Shown here one piece after another: positions 13,695 to 28,208 of a DNA stretch of 64,000 nucleotides (positions within the stretch are counted from its first letter, which is position 1; every line of letters starts with the position of its first letter). The position numbers were made by a program, and so were the translations under genes. The notes under the pieces are model-generated. The model had not been told where the DNA came from, searched no databases, and was given only the letters and a program-made list of their open reading frames with translations. This stretch comes from Callorhinchus milii (Eukaryota), in assembly GCF_018977255.1 (NCBI RefSeq), contig NW_024704742.1, forward strand, positions 93,808,001 to 93,872,000. The letters run 5' to 3'.

Positions 13695-14699
13695 TCTAGT
13701 GTATTAAGTTTATTAAAAACTGTAACCAAAACTTTACTCAGTTACAGGTGTCTTGAAATGATTGTAAAACTGATGATGCTGTTGAGTTTGGAAATCTGAC
13801 ACAATTGATCTTCTCCACGGACTACAACAACAACAAATTACTTTTATATAGCGCCTTTCACGTTGGAAGGACGACTACCTCCCTAGTTACAATCATCTCA
13901 CTCTGCACCAGATGTTTTTTCGCACACAGAAATAAGCTAAGAAGCACCTTGTATATATTTTACAAATCAGTGGATGTTCAGGTGATTAATTGCAGACATG
14001 CACTGGCTCCCTTGGTCCACATTGTCGCAGTTCATCACTGACCAGATGTTTTTCTCCAGATACTATAGTTGCAGCTTGGAAAAATGAATTGACTACATTT
14101 GGACTTCATCTATTCTGGTTCTGGTTTCGACATTCTAGTTATTTCGTAAAACACAATTTACACTGAAGGTTATTAGAATGTGAAATACATTATCATGGAA
14201 TGACTGAGTGCAGAACAGCATTTTGGGATTGTGGTTAGGAATTACAGGAGGTAGAAACTCTGGAAAAGAAAGGATTGCCAACTTTATAAAGAATTAATAT
14301 ATAAAATATCAAAGGGCTTGGTTCCATAGCCAGGTATCTGATACATGAGGAAACGATTCCCTGTGCTTAAGGGTATCCAGACCAACCTGAGAGTTATACA
14401 TATGCATTCCACCTACCCATGAAAATTTGTCTGTGTCTGGAATGGAATGCGCACTCTCTTTCTGGAGGGATGAACCCTGTTTACCTAATTCAGGAGATTA
14501 TCAGGCATAGGTTGGTGAGAGCCAAAGCTTGGGGACTCCAGAGTGTGTGTTGGAGTACTGTTAGAGTTTATAACTATATAAGATACTCAAACTATGTTTG
14601 CTAGCTTGGTGTTGGTCAAAATCAGAATAGCTCAGTTATAAGAGTTTCGTAACATACTCCCAGATATTACTATTTATATCAGGATTTGGAGCTCATATA

Positions 14700-15068
14700 C
14701 TGTACTTTAGGCTAACACTTCAGTGAAATGTTGGAGGTGTGCTGCATTGTAGGAGGTGCTGTCCTTCGGATAAGATATTAAGCTGAGGTCCTGTCTGCCT
14801 TTTCAGGTGGATGTTAAAGATCCCATGGAACCATGCAAAACGTTAACGGTGCTTCTTCTGCTGACCTGGCCAACAATTGCCCCAAATAAAATTAGGCATT
14901 TAGTTTACAGCTGTTAAGGTGACATTGCTGTGTGCAAAATTGGCTGCTGTGTTCACCCAAAAACACGGTCATTGTTTACATACTCTACAGTCAGTATATC
15001 CTATGAATCGCTTTCGGACGTCCTCTCATTGTAAAAGGCGCAATACCAAATGTAAGGATTATTATTAT
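14700..15068 (+). mobile_element. Family B SINE (Deu-type)
   Basis: tgctgcattgtaggaggtgctgtccttcggataagatatta...ttcaggtggatgttaaagatcccatgg; tail ggattattattatt. Confidence 0.82.
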
Positions 15069-15944
15069 TCCATATTTTATTGTATGTGCAGTTTTCTGAC
15101 AAGAAATATCTGTAAAACACTTCATTAAACTCCATATGTAATTGGGTGCTGTGGTATTCCTTTGAAGATAGCTGACATAGTTTTTATTTAGGTAACCAGA
15201 TGAAGAAGTGTGCTTAACAAAAGTAACAGCCCATCAATGAGTAGAAGACATGATAGGGAGGAGGAAATGAATCTGGTATATGATGTAATAATTACCACCC
15301 ACTATAATTATGACAATTACACACTACATTTTCTCCCCACTAATTAATTTCAATAAGAAACAGCATAGAATACAGTGAATACAGTACTGTTACATTTAAT
15401 CTTTCCCATTTTGCAGAGCTATTGCCAGAAGTTCATCAGTAGCATCTATGAAAAATGACTTGGTAACAAACAGAGATAAGTGACTATTGATGGATTCAAT
15501 TGAAACTCAGATTTGCAAATAAGCCTAAAACCTTAAACTGTACTTATGAGGGAACAATGAGCAAAGAAAGACACCATTAAGAATGGAACATGAAATAAGC
15601 AGTCTGGTTTAAATTTGTAAGTGAGGTTTAATCAATTACTGTCTTGACAATGGAACACATGTTACTTATACTAGTTTAAAAAGAATAACGGTGATTTCCA
15701 CTCCACTATTATAAGGCTATATGGAAGCATTGCAACATCTCAAACATAAAAATATAGATTTTGTTCAGGATATCAATTGAGCCTAATGCCTATAAAAATT
15801 AAAAAGCGATTGAATAGCAAAGAAGGGTATTAGAATTTCTAGTACCCAACACATTAAAGTCTGGTGTTAAATGATACTCTTGCAATGCTAATGGCAGAGA
15901 ATCATTGCATTTTATAACAAGCTTCAGCTTTTATCCCAATTATC

Positions 15945-16631
15945 CTTCTTCCCCCACATCCAGTCCCTCACCAGCACCGCCTTCTACCACCTTCGACGCA
16001 TCGCTCGTCTCCGCCAATACCTCTCCCAAAAGCCGCTGAAACCCTGGTCCATGCATTTGTCACCTCTCGGCTGGACTACTCCAACGCCCTCCTCGATGGT
16101 CTCCCATCCACTACCATCCATAAAATCCAAGTCATTCAAAACTCTGCCGCCCGCATTCTCACCCGCACAAAACTCCGCTCCCCGATCACCCCAGTCCTTG
16201 CCAGACGGCACTGGCCTCCTATCCCTGAGAGGATCGATTTCAAGATCCTCACCCTTGTATTCAAGTCCCTGCACTCCTCTGCACCCCCTACCTCTCTGAC
16301 CTCCTCTCTCCTCAAAACAGTACCCGTTGCCTTCGTTCCTCCGGGTCTGGCCTCCTCCTCGTCCCCCGAGTCCTCTGCTCCACCCTCGGAGGCCGTGCCT
16401 TCAGCCACTATGCCCCGAGGCTATGGAATTCCCTTCCTCACTCCCTTCGCCTCGGTCTCTTGCTTCCTATTTTCAGGTCTCGGCTGAAGACCTTTCTCTT
16501 CGACCGTGCCTTTGGTCACCTTCCTCCCCCTCCCCCTGGCTCGGCCCTGGGATCCGTTACTGTGAAGCGCTCTGAGACGCCATCCGGCGTGGAGGGTGCT
16601 ATATAAATCCAAGTTGTTGTTGTTGTTGTTG
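15945..16631 (+). mobile_element. 5'-truncated L2 LINE
   Basis: catgcatttgtcacctctcggctggactactccaac ([12 protein letters not shown]); 3' stem-loop and (TTG)n tail. Confidence 0.93.
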
Positions 16632-18194
16632 TAGGGGGGTGGGCACCAATGTTGGGATGTAAACTACATTTCCTGCAGAGAAGTCCATGTATGTCATGAC
16701 AACTTGTGAGAGCTCGGTTGTGAGGCAGTCCTGAGTTGCAGTTAAGGTCTTGCAAGTTAATATGACATATATTGTGTTCCCTGTTGGAGACAAAGTTGGT
16801 GAAGCATGTATTCTGTTGGGAGAACCAGTAACACTGCCACTTACTTTCCTAAGCATCATGCTTTTTAACCTCACTGTGTTAGAGAACTCACATTATAGCA
16901 ACTAAAATGGGGCACTCAGAACTCTAAAATTCCTCTTATATCTATTGATTTGCATGCGTCGCTTCATGCATGTATGTGTTTCCATTTAACTGGTGAATTA
17001 GCACATCAAGCACGTGCCCAGGGATGATGAGGAACCAAGCTAGGCAATTTTGTGTGTGAGAGCTGGTGTAAGACCCAATGCTCTTATCCAGCTAAGCAAT
17101 GCAGTTTCTCATTATATAAACATATTCTAAATCATCACAATATTTGTTCTCATTTTCTGTGCAAGAAAAAAATTTGCAAAGGCTCAACTCAAGCTGTAAC
17201 ATTACGAGATTTTGAAAACTGGGAGTGCCCTTAATCATTCACATACCTCAAGGTTCAAATATCACCTGGAAGGTTCAAACTCAAATCCAACTTCAACCCG
17301 TTCAAAATACTATTGCATTTCTGTTTCCCGAAAGTAACATGCAACAATCTTAGCAAAAACGTCTAGTTACAGAAGATTGTCAGATTGTCTCGTCCTCTGC
17401 ATTGTCAGATTATCCCTTCCTCTCCCTTTGATTCTTAATGCAACCCTGACAAGTTGGTGAAGAAATATCATTTATAATATTCACAATGATATCCACATAG
17501 GCATTGTCGGCTATCCCTCCCTCCTGACCAAGCAGGATACAGACAGGTCAATAGGAAACGAGAGTACACAGAACTGGAAATAAAGCTCTCTAGCCTTGAA
17601 AAGAGGCATTGCTTGAAAAGTGGTGATTTGAAGAAGTATATAAATTGCTGAAATAAAGTATGTAAGTTGACAAAATAAACCCAATAAATAGGTTTTGAAA
17701 CCCCCAAGAGATCAGGATACAGCTTTAGGATTGGCAAGGTCAATTTGTGGACAGACACCAGTGAGCAGTACTTTAACTGAGGGTAGCTGAAATAGGTTGC
17801 CAGAAAAGATGGTTGAATACTTAACAAACAGTATAATGCTTTAGTGGGAAGATGGTAGGATGGCAATTTTTGGAAGGATGAGATCAAACCAAATAGGGCT
17901 TCCGTCATGTAAACCTCTTGTGATCTTGTGATGGCCAATGGTCATTATGCCAGATTGGAACAACAAAAGAATCAGTTGCGCAGAAGGTTGTGCACATTGT
18001 CTGTTTATGTTGCTAAAGTACTTTCATGCTCTGGAACTATGATCCATGCGCCTGTGCACAATTGCTTCCACTGTTGATCCTTCCAGGATGTCTTGATAGT
18101 TTTTAATCCAAACTATTCAGACTTAACAGATAAGATTTTATCAAAGGCAGATTGCTCCCAAATTAGCAATTATAACTAAAGATTACAGAGAATT

Positions 18195-18420
18195 ACATAG
18201 AGCATTACAGCACGAAAACAGGCCATTCAGCCTAAATGGTCCACTATTCCCTCCTCCCTCATGTATGCATTGGATTTTCTCTTAAATGTGTTTGTAAATA
18301 CTTTCTGCTCAAACCACAACTTCCAGCAGTGAGTTTCACATTCTCCCCACTCTCTGTGTAAAGAAGTTCCTATTAAGATCCTTTTTAGATCTGCTAGTGA
18401 CTACCTTATATTTATATTTA
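18195..18420 (-). mobile_element. CR1 3' end, decayed
   Basis: acatagagcattacagcacgaaaacaggccattcagcc terminus; cactctctgtgtaaagaagttc. Confidence 0.6.
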
Positions 18421-18870
18421 TGATACTCTTCCTTTCCTACTGGTAAAGATCAAATGGACACTTGTGCCAATAAGCAGCTATGTCACCGCCAGGGTGTGTT
18501 TTATAAAGGTAGAAAAATAGCAGGTCAGAAATATTTTGTGCATTTATTCTACTTAATAATAATTTCAGAATATTATCAAATATGAAAAACACACCAAACC
18601 TAATCATACTTAACGATGTCATTTGTCTTTGATGTAGTTACAATTTAAAATATTTCATTTTTTCGAAAAAGACAATAGTTTTTGTGCTGTAAAATTCAAA
18701 ATGAGGGTAATAGAACGTTATAACAAAAAAAAAATTTTTTTTTAAAAAGACCTTCCTAGAAAGATTTTTAAGAGACCATCTTTGTTTGAATTGTATCTGC
18801 TAATGAATGCAGGATGGGTCAATAAATGAGCGAGACTTGCTTTATTACTACGATCTTACAATTCGTCTCA

Positions 18871-19643
18871 ATCCAATGTTCCAGCAACATGCAAAAACAC
18901 AAATTTCTTAAGCTGTTGTCTCCAAACCTGATACAGGATAATCTTGTGGAAACATTTTATGGTGCATCTTTTGATGAAAAGTGCATTAGTCTTTGCTGAA
19001 AAAACATTTAGTTGACCTTGAAAATAAAAGCATTCATCAGAAGTATGAGCAGAAGTTTACATTATTCTTTGAGCCCTCCCTTTAGAGACACAAAAAATTC
19101 CACCCTCCATTGCAGCTGCACAATACAGAGTTGCCAGGCAACTGATCTTTTATGGTGCATTACCATGGATACTGATGTAAACAAAATCATAAATCCCATT
19201 ACCCAGCTAAATACAGGGAGCTGTGTTTTAAAAGCAGCAAAAGGGTAAGTTTTGGCTTCCATGAAGAGAATGGGAAAGCAGGAGCAGGACTTAGAATATT
19301 CAGGCTGTAAGAGGTTCACTGCTATAATTAAATGCAACAGCTTTACAAAGACTGGGAAAGTAATGTGTTGATACATTGAAATTCTGAAAGATTTAAGTCA
19401 AATGATAATTTATTGAAATGCAAGTTTCATTCAGCTAGAATAGACTAGGAGAGATTGTCCATTTTAACTTTTATTCTGTCGATTGAGACTGTGACTTGCT
19501 GATAGATTTTAATATCCAATGTTCTAGCAACATGCAAAAACACAAACTTCTTAAGCGGTTGTCTCCAACCCTGAGACAGGATAATCTTGTGGAAACATTT
19601 TTTGGTGCATCTTTTGATGAAAAGCGCATTTTCATCAAAAGAT
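18871..19643 (+). repeat. 117-bp direct duplication (18871-18987 and 19514-19630); second copy ends in a 15-bp perfect hairpin
   Basis: atccaatgtt...gcaacatgcaaaaacacaaa...ggtgcatcttttgatgaaaag(t/c)gcatt occurs twice with few substitutions. Confidence 0.9.
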
Positions 19644-19743
19644 TTTGAGAAACTGGTATGCACTTAACATTCTCTATCCAGTATTGATTTGTTCAGATTA
19701 GCTTTAAAACTATGCTCACATAAAATATACAGTATAAGGAGTC

Positions 19744-20075
19744 AGCCTGGTTCAGTTGGTACCACTTTCACCTCTGAAAGTTGTGGGTGCAAGCTCCATT
19801 CTCCCTGGAGTGGGTTCAAACTCCATGTTGAGTCTTGGCTGCCATTCCAATGCAGAACTGGGGGAATGTTGCATTGGCAGAGGTGCCATGTTTCAGATGA
19901 GATATTAAACTGAAGTTCCGCCTGCCTTTCAGTTGGATGTTAAAGATCCTATGAAAGAGAAGGACATTTCTCCCTGTGTTCTGGCCATCAATCATCCAGT
20001 TTAAAAAGAATTGGTCATTCACTTCATTGCTGTTTGTGGTACACTGCTGTGCACAAAAGCCACACATTCGCCTGC
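19744..20075 (+). mobile_element. Family B SINE (Deu-type)
   Basis: tggttcagttggtacca head; gatgagatattaaac...gatgttaaagatcc...tgttctggcca. Confidence 0.8.
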
Positions 20076-20200
20076 AGTAATTCCTGAGAAGTGTTTCAAC
20101 AACATAAGGCAGTAGGCAGTATATCAATTCAAGCATTATTATTATTATCATTATTATTATTATTATCGTTATTGTTATTATGTAATTACAATTTAAATTA

Positions 20201-21140
20201 CAACAACAACAACAAAATGACATTTGTAAAGCGCCTTTCATGTCGGGAGGACATTCCAGGTGCTGGACAGACAGAGTTTTGGATCTGAGCTGGGGGTCGG
20301 GATCGGGGAGGGTGGAGGCCGGGGTGAAGCAGGGTGATCAAAAGCATGGTGGAAGAGGAGGGTCTTGAGATGGGTCTTGAAGGAGGCAAGGGTGGGGACA
20401 AGGCAGAGAGACTGCAGGATGGAGTTCCAGAGGGTGGGGGCAGAGTGGCAGAAGGCCTGCCCGCCAATGGTGGGACAAGTGAGGTGGGGGACATGAAGCA
20501 GGCTGGAGCCCACTGAGCAGAGAGAGCGAACAGGATGGTAGAGGTTTAGGAGGTCACAGAGGTACGGGGGAGCAAGACCATGGAGGGCTTTGAAGGTGAG
20601 GACCAGGATCTTGAGCTGTATCCTCTGTGTGATGGGAAACCAGTGGAGTCGGGCAAGGATGGGGGTGATAGGGTCACGGAGCCTGGGGTGGGAGAGGACA
20701 TGGGCTGCAGAGTTCTGGATGATTTGCAGCCTATGGAGGGAGGAGTTGGGGAGACCGACAAGCAGTGAGTTTGCATAGTCAAGCCTGGATGTTATGAAGG
20801 CATGTTTGAGGGTTTCAGCGGCCTGCAGTGTAAGACAGTGGTGAAGCCGGGCGATGTTGTGGAGGTGGGGGAAGGCAGAGCGGGTTATGGCTCAGATGTC
20901 GGGTAGAAAGGACAGTTGAGGGTCAAACAAGACCCCAAGGTTCTGGACTGGCTTAGTAAGGTGGAGTATGCAACCATGGATGGTGATGCTGTCAGCGCCT
21001 GAGGTGTGGAGGTGCTGACGGGAACCAATCAGGAGAGCCTCGGTTGTGTTGATGTTCAACTGAAGAAAGTTAGCTCTCATCCAGACTTGATGTCCGACAG
21101 ACAAGACTGTCCTGGTGTCAAGGGTGGAGGCAGAGAGGCA
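20201..21140 (-). mobile_element. 5'-truncated L2 LINE
   Basis: (AAC)n tail; WMRANFLQLNINTTEALLIG...VQNLGVLFDPQLSFLPDI. Confidence 0.93.
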
Positions 21141-24100
21141 CAGTTGGGTACAAATTGCTTTATAGAGGTAGTTTCTAAGCCAGATCAATAACATTGCCAC
21201 TTTACATATGAATGTTACTTTTCTTAGTTGAACTTCCTAAAATAGCTACTTTTCAGGAAATATTATTATTATTATTATACAGTACTAATATAACAGCATA
21301 TAGGTGCAAGGCACTGGCTTGCCAAGAAAGTGATATGATTATATTGCAGCACTTGTCAGCTTTATGATTCAGATAAAACATTGTTATAATTAATAATCGC
21401 TTCTCTTTTTGGATCGTTGCTCTGTTCGAATGAACACCACTTCACCTGGAGCACATTAATTATAGCAGGTTTCTTGTTTCAGAAAACGTTCTTTTGAAGA
21501 CTAAAATACATCTTTAAAGTCTATATTGTGTAAGATTAGGCTGTAATTCAGGCTCTGAGCTCTGGTGCTATCAAACTCTGCCTGTGCAGCCCATGATATT
21601 ATCTGACCCCAGGGACTGAATTACAGCTTTATAAATTCCTCACAGGGTTTCGATACTCTGTATATAAAGAGCATATAAAATATGCATCATAATTAATTCA
21701 AAATATGCCATTCTTGTTGTGGATTCATGGACACTGCAAATAAACTAGACAGACCCCTTTGACTTTTGATCTTTAAGAAAGTCTGAAAGAAACCAGACAT
21801 TTATTACCTGTCCCTTGGCTACATTTAAATTCCAGTCTGCAGAATTGAAGCACACACTACTGTGTTGTCATTTAAATCCTCCTTTGTGATTGTATCTTAA
21901 CAAATGATTGATTCTTCAGGCTATGAGATATCTGCATTTCTTTGGGTAAGGGCCTTCAAATGCCACATTTTGTGTATAAGAATCGATTCCGACTTTCCAA
22001 AGTTTCTGAGAGTTAAAAAGTAGAATGTATCCCTCTAATCCTCTACCAAATTGATGTATTAACTATGCAGGGGTCTAATGCACATTGATTTTTAACAGGA
22101 TTCCTTATTCAGTGGAGACTTCTGCTGGTAACCAGAAGTGCATCACAATTAATGTACTTGCGGGAAATGCTGCTCTTAAAGTAAATCATGAGGGAAGAAG
22201 TTCTTGCAAGTCGGCATTGTGTATTTCAGTTTTCCTCATCAAGGAAACCTGTTAGAAATTGCTGCAGATTAGACCCAACAGGGAAAAGTTGTTCCTCTCA
22301 ACAACTGCTGTGAGAGATGATGAGATGAGGGGAAGAATGTTGCAGAAGCTGATATGTGAACTGTGAACCCCCAAAATATTCTTGATATTATTGTGCTTAA
22401 TTACAACCCAGGAATTTCTCGCTTGAACCTTCATCAGCTTCAGAGCTAAACGTGAACGATGTGAAGGCTTCTTTGACAAGAACATCTTTGTCTTAGGTAA
22501 AATGGAACAAATGGAATATTGGGCAGGATCGTAGGGCATTGTATTGCATAAAGATAGTGATATTTTCATTATGTCTTAAAATATAAATAAATACAGAACA
22601 AAATGATTGCTATTTGTAGTCTTCAGAATATGTTTATTTTACTCAATATATGTGGTTCACAAATGCAGTAAAAATGACTAACTTCTTGCTTCTTTGGATT
22701 TTTAAAAATTTTACTCTTTCCCCCCAAATTTTGAAATGTATTTTCTCCCCCTTTATAGGTCTTTCCCTGCAACACAGCAAGCCCTGACTCGGAGGGCAGA
22801 CAGGCAACCTGATCCCGTGCCTCTGTCATTACCACACTGGGTCTGAGAGCAGAGGCTTAAACAACAAGGAAAGGAGGATAATGTGACTGAGGGCAGCTCG
22901 TAACTAGTTGATCAATCAGCTAGCTGCTGGAGACAAGTGTCCGCATGTGTTCACCAGAACCCCAATTAAAATAAATGATACATTATTAAAAATGGCAACT
23001 ACTCAAAAGACACATTTTATAGGAGATAATTTGCACAAGACTCCGGTGACATCTGGGATGTGTCGTTATTCTACTCTGTTTCAAGATTTAGTGAGACTTT
23101 CACATGTCCTGTGTCAGGAGCTGCCATAGCCAGAGTTTCGCCAGTTATGGTTATGTCTTTGTCGATGGAGTGCAGCACCGGTCCACAATCTTTTCAGTGA
23201 CTGGGGATCACCTTATACGATCTCAGGAATGACAAAATCTGTTTTGATTTCACATTCATTTATTAAAACAACACATGCTTGCTACATTAATGATAACATC
23301 CAGTTACACTGCTACATGGAATAATACTAATTTATGTTGTGTTGATGAGAATCCTACTGTTAATCCTACATGTAAAAAAAATTGGAGAAAAAGAATAGCT
23401 AATAGTTTTAACAAATGTTGAAGAACATTGGATGGTCAACTGGTTTGAATAATTAAAAAGTACATTTGGGGCCAGATGAAGTGATCAACTGTGTCCAACA
23501 TGACTTACAATCTTTTGTTTGTTCAGCACTGCACAGTATCAACTTATTGTTTTGTATTTTTCAGCTGTTCATTCAAATATCATTAAAAAAAAGCACAAAC
23601 CAGTAGTCCTAAAGGAAATGAGCCCCAGTGGCCCCTTATGGAACCTGAAACAAAATAGGGATGGCGAAAACTGGAGAACAGTATCGTTCCAGGGCAGAAT
23701 GCTGGATAGGTTGTGGACCCAATTCTAGTTAGAGCCTCTTTGGTTCACAGTACCTGTTGAGGAGGCTATTTAATTAGCAAAAGAGACCTACTTCTGGAGT
23801 GAGGAACCAATGGAGTTCAGCTTGGCACTTCAATGTGACTCTTGGTTCATGTCTATATATTTACTTTATGAGTAAGTTAAAGAAAAGCATATTGTGGGCT
23901 CTGTTTATTGATGGGGAAAGCCTTAAGTTATTCAGGATTGCAAAATGACATCTTGGAAAGGACCTTATAGAGATAAATAACATTATATGCAAAAAAATTC
24001 AAGTTTAAAATTTAAGCGAATGAGAAGAAAGAAAGGATGGCAAAGTACATGAGGGCAAGCCAATTTTAAATGTTTCACTTCCTTCATGAACATTGTGTTA

Positions 24101-24419
24101 TGTACGTACCTATTTTAGGTGCACGTGGTTAATATTCCAATCAAATCGGTTATTTTTGACATCCAAGTAACTTTGTCATTGGGTTATTAATGATTGTTAT
24201 AGCATGTCAGTGTGTGAGTTCAACACATACAAAGTTGGTTGGCTCAGGAGAGACTGAAATGTCTCGCACTACAGCCGTGAAGACACTGTTTTTTTATGGT
24301 AATCTTGAGTGGAGACAACAACAATTGATTGAATTTTGGTTTTATAATCAATAGTGATATTTAATGCACCTGTACAATATTTGTGATCCTTGAAGTAAAA
24401 GCTAATTATACATTTTGCT

Positions 24420-25390
24420 GTTGTCTAAGTTTGCAGATGACACAAAAATAGGAAGTGAACAACAACAACAACAACTTGGATTTATATAGCGCCCTCCACA
24501 CCGGGGGGCGTCTCAGAGCGCTTCAGAGAGCCTCAGGTGAAGAAGATTGTAAGCAACTTCAGGGAGAAAAAGAAGATTAGTTGATTGGGCAGAGAAATGA
24601 CAGATGAAGTTTAATGCAGACAAATGTGAAGTTAGATTTCTGGGGAGGAAGAATAAGGACAATAAGTAAAGGTTGGGTGGTGAAATATTAAAATAATTAG
24701 AAGATCAAAGGGACTTGTGGGTTAACGTACAAGGTGGGAAGGCAGATGTGCAGACCTGTCAAAAAAAGGTAATGGAATTTTAGGTTTTATAAATAGGGGT
24801 AGAGAATATAAAAGCAAAGAGGTCATGCTAAACTTGTATAAATTGTTAGCATGACCGCAGTTAGAATATTATGTCCAATATTGGTCATCCCACTTTAAGA
24901 AAGATGTCAGGCTGATAGAAGGGGTACACAAGAGATTTACTAGGATAATACCGGGGTTTGGGATTTAGATGAGTGGGGACTGGAGGAACTGGGACTTTTT
25001 TTTTACTGGAACAAAGAAAGTTGAGGGATGACTGATAGGTCTTTAAAAGTATGAGGGGTTTTCATAGAGTCAATAGGGAGAATTTATTTCCACAGGTCAA
25101 TGAGTCAGGAAAAAGAGGGCATCAAGATAGGTAGCAAACATGGAAATGGGGAGGTTAGGAGAATTTGGTTTTACGCACAGAATAGTTGAGATATGGAATG
25201 CAATGCTGGGAGCAGCAGGGAGGCAAAATCCATATTGGTCTTCGAGAGGGAACTAGATGGATAGCTTGAAAAAATGTCAGCTACAGTGAAAGGACAGGTA
25301 AGTGGGACTGAAAGGAGCGCTCTTGAGGAACCCAGGACAGACACAATGGATCAAATGGCCTTCTGTACCGTAAACGTCTATGGTTCTTTG
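24420..25390 (+). mobile_element. CR1 LINE fragment (RT to 3' end), interrupted by a short L2 tail at ~24458-24530 (-)
   Basis: tctaagtttgcagatgacacaaaaatagga (SKFADDTKIG); ccgcagttagaatat...tggtcatcccac; terminus aaatggccttctgtaccgtaaacgtctatggttct. Confidence 0.88.
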
Positions 25391-25689
25391 TGGTGCTATT
25401 TATCACGTGACAATATTAATATATTCAAACTGATGGAGATTTTGACTTGTACTAGTTCTGATTCTTTTCTCATGTTGTTAATCCACCCATTTGTGTGTGA
25501 GAGCTTTCAGAAAAAAATACACCAGGGTTGTTAGATACACAGAGGGTTTGCTGCACACATCAGAGTTATATAAATAACCATTCGTCTTAGTGCTTGATGT
25601 CTCTACATATATCATATTGGTTTAGAGAACCTGTTTGGCTGAAGCATTCTGAGCAATTTAAATGATTGACTAACGTTATATTGACCTTA

Positions 25690-26190
25690 CTCCCCTGGTG
25701 TAGAATAATACCTGGTTCCGCTGTTACTCGTAACTGCAGTTGAGCATACCATATACTGTTTGGAGTAGGGGTGAAGTTAGTTCCCCTTCCACCTCTCCTC
25801 CCACAGGCTTTACTAAAAGCTCTATTTGCTGGATTCCCCAGCTCCTCCCTACACAAGCTGTAGACCATCCACTCTGAGCTTTGATCCATCCTGACTCTTT
25901 GGAACTCCATCTCGGAGCCGCTCCACCTTCACCCTCCTTCCCTGCCTTCAAAACTTGTCTGAAGACCTATCTTTTTTTGACTGCACTTTTGGCCACCCTC
26001 TATCTCCTGTAGGTCTAGACCCCTTAACCACTGGAAATAAGCTTTCCCTCACACTGTATCTAAGCCTCCCATCATCTTATACATACCTCTATCATATCCC
26101 CTCTCAACCTTCTGAGCTCCAAAGTAAAAAGCCCAGTTTATCAAGACTTTCCCTCTCACTGTATTTCCTCATTCCAGGCAACATCCTCTT
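25690..26190. mobile_element. Decayed L2 pieces (+, to ~26000) followed by a CR1 piece (-)
   Basis: tggaactccatc...ccttcaaaacttgtctgaagacctatc (L2); atcatatcccctctcaaccttctgagctccaaagtaaaaagcccag (CR1 reverse). Confidence 0.6.
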
Positions 26191-26930
26191 ATTTTGTTAT
26201 TACAAGATTGTGGGAGAAAATAAAATAAATGGAGGAGCAAAGTGGAGGAGATTACAAATGCTTAATGTGTTTTACTAACATCAGCCTTCTGGACAGACAC
26301 AAATACAAGCATTGCTTTCATAGGTTTTAATACAAGCATTGCCAAAACAAAATTCCTTCCCTTTTCCCTTTTATGGGACTAGGACAGTAACTCCTAATTT
26401 GGTGATTACTGGAGTCGCAGAAAGATTTGGATAAATTATCTAACTATTGGACCATTTTATAATTGTAGAATTGTGACTCCTATTTGTACGCTATTTGCAA
26501 ATACGGCTAAAATATTGAAATTGACCAGATCATTCACAGCACAATATATGCTCCAGCAATTCCACTCATTAGGTGATGGTTAATTGTTTCCATCTCAGCA
26601 TGTAAGAGTAATTTAACATGCACTTTCACTCATCTTCACATGAAATGAAAAGTTCACGAGAGTTAGTGGGTGTTACACCCAAGATAGAAGTTCAAGTGAA
26701 TTATGTGGGGAGGGGGAGTTAATACTTAATACTTAATTCTTAATACTTAAGAATTTCAATTATGATTTCTGCATAATATTCTCAGGATCTGTCACTTGTT
26801 CTGGAACCTGCCCCTCAGAGTCTGAGACGTTCTTTACCACTGTGAGACTCTACGTCAAGATCAACACAACTTGCATTTTCAGCCATACTGACATGTAGGG
26901 GCAATGCGGAAGTGCTTACATGAGTCATAA

Positions 26931-27212
26931 ATAAATAATCCTTGCATTTGACATAGCGCCTCTAAAGACAAAACATCTCAAAGGACTTTACATTAATTAC
27001 TGCTAAATGTAGTGACTGTGTATTATGTATGGGAATACAGCAGCCAATTTGCACACAGCAATGTCCCACAAATAGTCATCAAGTGAATGAATGATTTCAA
27101 CTAGAGGATTATTGGCTAGGACACCAGGAGAAACTCCCTTCTCTTTTCAAATAGTGCCATGGGATCTTTAAAGTCCACCTAAACAGGCAGATGGGAGCTC
27201 GGTTTAAAATAT
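26931..27212 (-). mobile_element. Family B SINE 3' part
   Basis: ggacaccaggagaaactccc...aatagtgccatgggatctttaaagtccacct. Confidence 0.85.
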
Positions 27213-28104
27213 CATTCTTGGTTTGTTTTAGTTACATACATCAGGCACCCACTTGAGAGTCACACACTCTCAGAACTCTCTAAAAATAACAGTGAAAGTT
27301 TTAACATTTAATATATTTTTAAAATGCAGGTCATTAATACCAGGCGTACCTTACAAAGTAACTACATGGTAAGCATATTTATCAGGTAAGAAGAGGTAAA
27401 CGGTCACACATAACCACTACTTACTATGGCTCTTTTGTTGAACGGTGGCATGTGAACAACTCTTGTGTTATTGTGTTGTTTGAACTCTCAGCCACCTTGA
27501 ACCAATGTCATAGGTGTACACTGAAGCGGCACCTTCTTTAAGTAGCTCTTGCATATCTTGAGCTTCCTGAGGCACAATGTTGCTATAGAGTAAGGCACAC
27601 CTTGCACTGTGGCACTGTTACGTAGCATACAGGTTTTATTTTTGCAGCTGCTTTCCGCAAAGTACTGTAAAACTGCGTTGAATGTCTGCGAACAGAGGAA
27701 CTGCTGTTTAAAAGCTGGACACATCCCCACTGTAAGCACAGGAGTGCTGGCAAAGGCTGTATTGCAAGATAGCTGGCTTGGTGTGTGAGTATTACACAGT
27801 GGTGAGAGAAGCCTTGGCAGCAGAGGATGCCCCTGATGTAACGTAAGCAATCCTTCAAAACCACATTCACAGTTGGACCAAAATACAACCCTTCTGTGGG
27901 CCACCTAGGAATTGGCCTAAAAAAGGTCTCAATTGAGGACTACTGAAAGGCTTGGGATTTGGAACCTAACATTGCACTCACTTTTCACAGTCTCTAATAA
28001 CTTTAATTGGTACCTTCAAACTATGTGGTATATATACCTTTGAAACAAGTTTGTATATATTCAGAGGGATATACAGAAAAGATCATTGCAGTCTGCTGGC
28101 CAGC

Positions 28105-28208
28105 AGTCAATATACAGTCAATTCACTTTACAGTGTGTTCTGTGAAGCGCTTTGGGACGTCCTCCCGACGTGAAAAGCGCTATATCAAATGCAAGGATTA
28201 TTATTATC
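28105..28208 (+). mobile_element. Family A SINE 3' fragment
   Basis: aatatacagtcaattcactttacagtgtgttctgtgaagcgctttgggacgtcctcccgacgtgaaaagcgc, near identical to the copy at 522. Confidence 0.9.

Noticed and set aside
13770..13800. Hammerhead ribozyme core (CTGATGA)
   Set aside because: No matching stem II and GAAA core arrangement here or at other CTGATGA sites I checked.
27488..27904. Cys-rich ORFs suggesting a piggyBac C-terminal domain
   Set aside because: Cysteine spacing does not hold in one frame and no other transposase motif is seen; needs a translated search.
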